DNA of 5,043 bases from Octopus sinensis. Taxonomy: Eukaryota. Below, piece after piece: positions 1 through 4,880 of the stretch (positions are counted from its first letter, which is position 1; each line of letters opens with the position of its first letter). Below the pieces are notes generated by a model. That model was not told the origin of the DNA, did no database searches, and saw nothing but the letters and a program-made list of their open reading frames with translations. The DNA is taken from contig NW_021830313.1 in NCBI RefSeq assembly GCF_006345805.1, positions 1 to 5,043 of the forward strand. The letters run 5' to 3'. Both the position numbers and the translations under genes were made by a program.

Positions 1-113
1 ATGTCTGTTTCTGTGTGTCTTCGTGGCTCTGTCTGTCCTTCACCATCATTTGACAACCGGTGATGGTGTGCTTATGTCCTTGTAATCTAGTGGTTATGCA
101 AAAATATCGGTAC
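1..113 (+). mobile_element. Degenerate 3'-half fragment of family A SINE, cut by the window edge
   Basis: 'ttgacaaccggtgatggtgtgcttatgtccttgtaatctagtggtt...ggtact' aligns by eye with the reverse complement of 4580-4690 ('ttgacaaccgatgttggtgtgtttacgtccccataacttagcgttt...agtact'). Confidence 0.7.
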
Positions 114-137
114 TTCATTGTGCCATTTATTTGCTTT

Positions 138-158
138 TATATATATATATATATATAT
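138..158. repeat. (TA)n microsatellite
   Basis: Perfect alternating TA run of 21 nt. Confidence 0.95.
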
Positions 159-229
159 TAGTGAAAAAGTAAAGGGTTACCCAAAACGATTACCAGTTTG
201 CTCTCAGCTCTTATATTTTATAATATTAG

Positions 230-276
230 ATATATATATAATACACAAACACACATATATTTAAATATATATATAT
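230..276. repeat. Compound (TA)n/(CA)n low-complexity tract
   Basis: atatatatata-atacacaaacacacatatat-ttaa-atatatatatat. Confidence 0.85.
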
Positions 277-277
277 G

Positions 278-637
278 TTCTTTTTTTTATTTGTTCAAGT
301 CATTGCCCTGTGGCCATGCTGGAGCACCGCCCTTAGTCGAGCAAATCGAGCCCAAGACTTATTCTTTGTAAGCCTATTACTTATTCTGTCGGTCCCTTTT
401 GCCGAACCGCTACTTTACGGGAACGTAAACACACAAGCGATGTTGGGGGGACAAACTCAGACACACAAACATATACACACACATATATATATAAACATAT
501 ATACGAGCTTCTTTCAGTTTCCGTCTACCAAATCCAAAGCTTTGGTCGACCCAAGGCTATAGTAAAAGTCACTTCACCAAGACTGAACGCGGAACAACGT
601 GGTTGGTAAACAAGCTACTTATCACACAGCCACTCCT
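278..637 (-). mobile_element. Family A tRNA-derived SINE, near full length, with three internal deletions
   Basis: The minus strand begins aggagtggctgtg(t)gataagtag (A-box), like 1203-1220. The body is collinear with 4471-4837 (gtcgagcaaatcga, gccgaaccgc, acgtaaacacac, internal CA/TA microsatellite, cttctttcagtttcc, ctttggtcg..cc.aggcta). Confidence 0.9.
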
Positions 638-674
638 TCAACAAAATGTAAAATATTTTATGGAATTATATCGA

Positions 675-699
675 TATCTATCTATGTATCTATCTGTCT
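675..699. repeat. Imperfect (TATC)n tetranucleotide repeat
   Basis: atatctatctatgtatctatctgtc. Confidence 0.8.
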
Positions 700-1120
700 T
701 TTACCAACTTCAGTTATTGGGCTGCGCCCTCCCTGGGGTGCCGCGTTGCAGGGTCTTAATCGAACCAATCGACAAAAGTTTTTTTTTTTTTTTATTTTTA
801 AATTTTTATTTTTTGTCTTATTTTTGAAGTCCGATACTCATTCAATCAGTTCCCTACGATGAACCGCGCATTCGCTGGGACGTAAACAAACCAACACCAT
901 TTATGAATCATTGATGTTGGATATACGCAGAAACACATACGCACACTTATACACACACATATGTCTTCAACGAGCTTCTTACAGTTTCGCTCACTAAATC
1001 CACTCACAAAGCTTTGGTCGGCCCAGGGCTATTAGTAGGCACTTCTTCAAGGTACCTCGCTGAGGAACTGAACCCAGAACCATGTTTTTGCGACACAAAC
1101 TATTTACCACACAGCCATGC
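697..1120 (-). mobile_element. Family A SINE, older and divergent variant with an internal T15/T-rich expansion
   Basis: Collinear with 278-637: ggacgtaaacaaacc, aaatccactcacaaagctttggtcggccc, actgaacccagaaccatg, taccacacagcca. It has about 10 extra nt (gttgcagggtctta) before the aatcgaaccaatcgac motif and a T-rich tract at 779-825. Confidence 0.8.
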
Positions 1121-1207
1121 ATAAATGTAAGATCTTATACATATATTTGAAAAAGAGAAGAGAGGAAGAGATGAGAATTTACTTATATAGAGAGATAGGC
1201 GCAGGAG

Positions 1208-1260
1208 TGGCTGTGTGGTAGGAAACTTGCTTCCAACTTCATGGTTCCGGGTTCAGTCCC
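1208..1260 (+). promoter_or_regulatory. Type 2 RNA polymerase III internal promoter (A-box and B-box) of the SINE head
   Basis: A-box-like TGGCTGTGTGG at 1208-1218 and B-box-like GGTTCAGTCCC at 1250-1260, with tRNA-like spacing. Confidence 0.8.
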
Positions 1261-1360
1261 ACTGCGTGTCACGTTGGGCAAGTGTCTACTACTATTGCTA
1301 CGGTACAGACCAAAACCTTGTGAGTGGATTTGGTAGACAGAAACTGAAAGAAGCCTGGTG

Positions 1361-1385
1361 TATATATATATATATATATATATAT
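1361..1385. repeat. (TA)12 microsatellite
   Basis: Perfect TA run. Confidence 0.95.
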
Positions 1386-1563
1386 TCAAAATGTGACCGC
1401 GTGTGTATCGTTGGCGATTTATTTCCTCCGTCTTCCCTTCCTTGGATCTTTCCTTTACCTATATTTCTGATGGAAGAGCTCCGCCAAACGTTAAATCCTC
1501 CTTCTTTTCTTCCTTTCCTGAGCGTCCAATAACACGTCCTCGCGTTGTGTTTTCATTTTTGGT
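1386..1563 (+). mobile_element. Pyrimidine-rich ~180-bp element flanked by (TA)n; candidate Penelope-like terminal-repeat or retrozyme-type fragment
   Basis: Bounded by (TA)n on both sides, unrelated to families A and B, and carries a CTGATG(G)A...AAACGTT motif typical of Penelope-associated minimal hammerheads. The family assignment is inference. Confidence 0.5.
1463..1496 (+). ncRNA. Degenerate minimal type I hammerhead-ribozyme-like motif, probably inactive
   Basis: ATTT-CTGATGGA-AGAGCTCCGC-CAAAC-GTT-AAAT: stem I ATTT/AAAT, CUGAUG core, palindromic ACGT stem III. Deviations are an extra G in the core, C instead of G12, and a truncated stem II. Confidence 0.45.
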
Positions 1564-1605
1564 AATATATATATAATATATTATATATATATATATATAT
1601 ATATA
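1564..1605. repeat. Imperfect (TA)n microsatellite
   Basis: AT-only tract ending in a long perfect TA run that abuts the fold-back element. Confidence 0.95.
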
Positions 1606-1638
1606 ACATAAGGGACTAAAGCCATCTGAATATGGCTA

Positions 1639-1661
1639 GGGACAGGGCAGGGTGGGGGGGG
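1639..1661 (+). other. G-quadruplex-forming motif in the left TIR
   Basis: GGG-ACA-GGG-CA-GGG-T-GGGGGGGG fits the canonical G3+N1-7 four-tract pattern. Confidence 0.7.
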
Positions 1662-1838
1662 TGTTACTGTTGCATTTAGCCCCAGGCGAACATCGACGTC
1701 GCCAGATAGGCTTGACACATCACGGTGTCCTTTAACCTACAAAGGGAGATAATTCCCCGATGAAGCGGAAACCACACACGGACCATGGTTTCAAGGTGTA
1801 TTGCCTATCATCACCTGGGGCTAAATGCAACAGTAACA

Positions 1839-1861
1839 CCCCCACCACCCTGCCCTGTCCC
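1839..1861 (-). other. G-quadruplex-forming motif in the right TIR
   Basis: Minus strand reads GGG-ACA-GGG-CA-GGG-TGGT-GGGGG. Confidence 0.65.
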
Positions 1862-1944
1862 TAGCCATATTCAGATGGCTTTAGTCCCTTATGTTATGGA
1901 GCAGTTACTGTCTATATCTCATTTAGAGAATTATTATTGCTATG

Positions 1945-1963
1945 TATATATATATATATATAT
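1945..1963. repeat. (TA)9 microsatellite
   Basis: Perfect TA run. Confidence 0.95.
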
Positions 1964-2094
1964 GTAGTATACTATAAACAGTTGTACATCTTGACTGGTT
2001 CACGGTGTGTAGTTAAGTTTTGTTCTAAAATTGAGTGTACATGTACTACTGAGAGTCTAACGTGCGATTTACTCAATAGGTGGAGTATAATTCG

Positions 2095-2192
2095 TCGGCG
2101 AAATTTGAACTTGGAGCGTCGGAACGTGAAGACAGACGAAATGTTGTTAAGCATTTTGGCCGGCGTACTAACGATTCAGCCAGCTCGCCGCC
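2095..2192 (-). mobile_element. Family B SINE, tRNA-like head only
   Basis: The minus strand starts ggcggcgagctggctgaatcgttagtacgccggccaaaatgcttaac. It is collinear with 3430-3518 and has a B-box-like agttcaaattt. Confidence 0.88.
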
Positions 2193-2213
2193 TGGAGTTG
2201 AATAGAGATATTA

Positions 2214-2403
2214 GTTTCAAATTTTGGCACAAGGCCAGCAATTTCGAGGTAGAGGCTTAATCGATTAAATCGATCCGAGTGCTCAACTAGTACTTATTTC
2301 ATCGCCCCCAAAATGATGAAAAGCAAAGTGGATGTCAGTGGAATTTGAACTCAGAACCTAAATACAGATGAATTGTCACTACTGATTTTACCAACCTCTC
2401 TGC
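2214..2403 (-). mobile_element. Family B SINE with a deleted or decayed head
   Basis: gtttcaaattttggcacaaggccagcaattt...atcgattaaatcga...gtacttatttcatcg...gatgaaaagcaaag...ggaatttgaactcagaac is collinear with 4063-4277 and 4881-4980. Confidence 0.88.
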
Positions 2404-2441
2404 ATTAATATGATAATGTTTTCTAATTTAGACACAACTCA

Positions 2442-2590
2442 ATATTTATTTGCCGAGTTTACGTTCTGAGTTCAAATTCCGCCGGGGTCAACTTTACCTT
2501 TTATCCCTTCGGAGCCGATTTAATAAATACCAGTTGAACAGTAGGGGTTGATGTAATCAACTTAACACATCCTCCGAAATTATTGCCCTC
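2442..2590 (+). mobile_element. Family B SINE lacking the A-box; the only plus-strand family B copy
   Basis: acgttctgagttcaaattccgccggggtcaactttaccttttatcccttcgg is the reverse complement of 3400-3453. B-box-like GAGTTCAAATTCC at 2468-2480. Confidence 0.88.
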
Positions 2591-2619
2591 CAGTTGAAAA
2601 CTGAAGAACAATCAATTAT

Positions 2620-2777
2620 ATCTACTTCGATACTAAACGGATACATTAATTTGAAACCTTCAAAAAGATAAAAGGCCAACACGACTCTACCGGGTATGGA
2701 CTTAGAAAGTAAAAGAATGTAATTGAATACTAAAAGATCATTTCTTCGACGCTCGCCAATTATGCCTTCTCACCGCC
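2620..2777 (-). mobile_element. Highly decayed family B SINE
   Basis: gataaaaggccaacacgactctaccgggtatggacttagaaagtaaaag is similar to gatgaaaggcaaagtcgacctcggcggaatttgaactcagaacgtaaag. It ends with catttcttcgacgctc...aattatgccttctcaccgcc, like other family B heads. Confidence 0.6.
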
Positions 2778-2796
2778 CGTCCTCAACCTGAAAATA

Positions 2797-2910
2797 ATGA
2801 TTTCCAACATAAGGTACTAAACAAGAAGATTGATGGGGAAACCATTGATTTTATCAACCCCTGTACTTGAGTGGTACTTTATTTTATTGACGCAAGGAGA
2901 ATGAAAATAG
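2797..2910 (-). mobile_element. Decayed family B SINE 3' portion
   Basis: ttgattttatcaacccctgtacttgagtggtactttattttattgac closely matches 4114-4158 (aatacatcgacccctgtacttcgctaatactttattttatcgtc). Confidence 0.7.
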
Positions 2911-3056
2911 CATTGAGGTAAAGTGCCAGATTCAATTTAATCCATCGACTACTAATCTACGTCAGTATATAATTGGTTAGCAAGGTAATGGAACTGTTGA
3001 GCTTCAGTTTCCGGCCAACCACGCGCGAGGATTCGAGTTCTAGTGTACCTTCACGG

Positions 3057-3062
3057 AAAAAA
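3057..3062 (-). terminator. Candidate Pol III terminator (T6 on the minus strand) downstream of the dimeric SINE
   Basis: A6 on the plus strand. It is the first run of 4 or more T met on the minus strand after the SINE start at 3518. Confidence 0.4.
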
Positions 3063-3094
3063 GTCATGATACTTATGGCTAGAATGTCTCTTAT

Positions 3095-3518
3095 ATATTA
3101 CATTATTGCCAACAGGGGACTAAACATAGAGGGGGTAAACAAGGACAAACAAAGTGATTAAGGACAAACAAAGTGATCAACCCCAGTCCTTATTTAACTG
3201 GTCCTTATTTAACCGACCCGAAAGGTTGAAAGGCAAAGTCAACCACGGTGGAATTTGAACTCAGAACGTAACAGTAGATGTAATACCTATTTCTTTACTA
3301 CCCACAAGGGGCTAAACACAGAGAGGATAAACAAGGACAGACAAACGGATTAAGTCGATTATATCGACTCCAGTGCGCAACTGGTACTTAATTTATCGAC
3401 CCCGAAAGAATGAAAGGCAAAGTCGACCTCGGCGGAATTTGAACTCAGAACGTAACGGCAGACGAAATACCGCTAAGTATTTGGCCCGGCGTGCTAAAGA
3501 TTCTGCCAGCTCGCCACC
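3095..3518 (-). mobile_element. Dimeric family B SINE: complete head plus unit 1 (3287-3518), followed by an A-box-less repeat unit (3095-3286)
   Basis: Two tandem ~185-190-bp units (ggggctaaacacagag.../ggggactaaacatagag...; gaaaggcaaagtc...ggaatttgaactcagaacgtaac) join at aatac|ctatttc (3286/3287). A-box-like TGGCAGAATCT at 3498-3508 and B-box-like GAGTTCAAATTCC at 3434-3446. The central block resembles the Meta/MESC SINE core (recalled). It may be the Octopus 'Twin' SINE (unverified). Confidence 0.9.
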
Positions 3519-3660
3519 CTAATGCCTCTTATAATAGGTCCCACAATCAATGCTCGCCTGGGACAAAATAGCAAGTGGAATTACCGCAAAAAATTTTACC
3601 TTTTCATTTAGAGATTCAGCTCCCACATCGTCCTATAAAAATGATAATAATAATTTATCA

Positions 3661-3864
3661 CACACACACAAAAAAAGGGTCAAAAATTCGAAGTAGGAGG
3701 ACAGTCGATTATATCAACTTCAGTACTTGTCTGGTATCTGATTTTATTGACCACGGAAGAACGAAAGCCAAAACTGACCTCGGTGGGATTTGAACTCAGG
3801 ACAAAATGTCGAAATAAATACGTAAAAATGTTTTGCCTGACCCTAATAATTCGCAATGCACCAC
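3661..3864 (-). mobile_element. Decayed near-full-length family B SINE
   Basis: agtcgattatatcaacttcagtacttgtctggta...gacctcggtgggatttgaactcagga is collinear with 3352-3450. Confidence 0.8.
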
Positions 3865-3868
3865 TACA

Positions 3869-4020
3869 TTTCTTAAATAGTTACAAGGCCAGAAATATGG
3901 GTGTTGGGAACAGTTGAAAAAGTTGATACCGGAGCTGTATTGATATTTTCTTTTATCGATCCCAGAAGGATGAAAGGTAAGTTGGGCGCAGGAAAGACTT
4001 GAAAACAGGACATCAGAAGC
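3869..4020 (-). mobile_element. Decayed family B SINE, 3' two-thirds
   Basis: acaaggccagaaat...ttttatcgatcccagaaggatgaaaggtaagt matches the family B 3' and central segments. Confidence 0.7.
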
Positions 4021-4062
4021 TGCATCAATGGAATCGATACCATTGTAATGTTCAAAATAATT

Positions 4063-4277
4063 GTTTCAAAGTTTGGTACAATGCCTGAAGCTGTACGGGA
4101 AGGGCGCTAGGCAAATACATCGACCCCTGTACTTCGCTAATACTTTATTTTATCGTCCCTGAAAGGATGAAAGGCAAAATAGAACCACGGTAGATTTTGA
4201 GCTCAAAGCTTAAAGACACAGAACGAATGTCGCTAAGAAGTTTTTGCTTGATACACCAACAATTCTGCCAGCTCGTC
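4063..4277 (-). mobile_element. Full-length decayed family B SINE
   Basis: Runs from gtttcaaagtttggtaca through gaaaggatgaaaggcaaa to aattctgccagctcgtc (head). Confidence 0.85.
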
Positions 4278-4285
4278 TCTTATTA

Positions 4286-4470
4286 ATAATCGACTTTACT
4301 TAAGACACAAGGCTTGAAAGTTTGTGTGAAAGGGCCAGTCGATTACCTCAATATTTTGGGGGGTAATCGACTGGTACATATTTTATCGACCACGAAAGGA
4401 TGAAAGGCAGAATTTGAACTAATGATGTACAGACGGACGAAATACTGCTAAGCATTTTGTCTGGCATACT
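4286..4470 (-). mobile_element. Family B SINE, main part, interrupted at 4470 by a family A insertion
   Basis: gacacaaggcttgaaa...ttttatcgaccacgaaaggatgaaaggc..gaatttgaact...gacgaaatactgctaagcattttgtctggcatact. Confidence 0.88.
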
Positions 4471-4837
4471 CTCTTTACTCTTTTGCTCTTTTTCTTGTTT
4501 CAGACATTTGACTGCGGCCATACTGGAACACCGCCTTTAGTCGAGCAAATCGACTCCAGGACATATTTTTGTAAGCCTTAGTACTTATTCTATCGTTCTC
4601 TTATGCCGAAACGCTAAGTTATGGGGACGTAAACACACCAACATCGGTTGTCAAGTGATGTTGGGGAGGGGGGACAAACACAGACACACAAACATATACG
4701 CACACATACACACATATATGTATACATATATACGACGGGCTTCTTTCAGTTTCCATCATAAGGCTTTGGTCGGCCCGAGGCTATACTAGAAGACACTTGC
4801 CCAAAGTGTCACGCAGCGGGACTGAACCCGGAACCAT
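4471..4837 (-). mobile_element. 5'-truncated family A SINE nested in family B, with CATACT target-site duplication
   Basis: Collinear with 278-637 but stops at gaacccggaaccat, so it lacks the A-box. The 3' tail is ~8-nt ctcttt(t)a-like repeats at 4471-4495. CATACT is present at 4465-4470 and 4835-4840. Confidence 0.92.
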
Positions 4838-4840
4838 ACT

Positions 4841-4864
4841 AACGATTCTACAAGATTTTCGCCT
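4841..4864 (-). mobile_element. Displaced 5' tip of the interrupted family B SINE
   Basis: aacgattctacaag...gcct continues the head sequence (compare ctaacgattcagccagctcgccgcct at 2168-2193). Confidence 0.7.
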
Positions 4865-4880
4865 TTTGCTGTTTATTAAT

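Larger units (their letters stand above)
1198..1385 (+). mobile_element. Family A SINE 5' half (tRNA-like head plus central domain), ending in its internal (TA)n
   Basis: Starts ggcgcaggagtggctgtgtggta and contains ggttcagtccc. It is reverse-complementary to 500-637 and 4735-4837. The 'ttgggcaagtgtct' segment resembles the CORE-SINE domain (recalled, not verified). Confidence 0.92.
1603..1897. mobile_element. MITE / fold-back non-autonomous DNA transposon with 84-bp terminal inverted repeats
   Basis: 1603-1686 is the reverse complement of 1814-1897 at 83/84 positions (the only mismatch is G1656 vs A1844). The spacer is 127 bp with no transposase ORF. The ends fit a TA (1604-1605/1895-1896) or AT (1603-1604/1896-1897) target duplication. 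Confidence 0.88.

Noticed and set aside
1198-1270. Possible tRNA gene
   Set aside because: It has A and B boxes but no convincing acceptor stem, and it continues directly into SINE body sequence repeated elsewhere in the window.
1756-1792. Plus-strand hammerhead-like string CCGATGA-AGCG-GAAACCA...TGGTT
   Set aside because: U4 is C, there is no stem II and no stem I pairing. It is explained by the GAAACCA/TGGTTTC hairpin.
1965-2046. Two perfect 10-bp palindromes, TAGTATACTA (1965-1974) and GTACATGTAC (2037-2046)
   Set aside because: They are short, in AT-rich sequence next to a TA tract, and unrelated to each other, so chance is adequate.
2975-3045. Possible third tRNA-like SINE head (tggttagc ... 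ggattcgagttct)
   Set aside because: The box matches are weak, there is no second copy in the window, and no cloverleaf is visible. A repeat-library search would be needed.
3541-3632. Possible very old plus-strand family B remnant (ggacaaaat ... ttttaccttttcat)
   Set aside because: Only short AT-rich patches match, and they are not collinear enough to support a call.
275-4055. All eleven ORFs in the supplied track (60-107 aa)
   Set aside because: Each runs through SINE, MITE or microsatellite sequence (YIYI, THTH and FFFF translations). None resembles a protein domain I recognise, and there is no supporting exon structure.
2101-4420. Recurrent GAATTTGAACTCAGAAC motif at roughly 200-bp intervals, superficially like a CRISPR array
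   Set aside because: It is the B-box region of family B SINEs. The intervening sequences are homologous to each other rather than unique spacers, spacing is irregular, and there are no cas genes.
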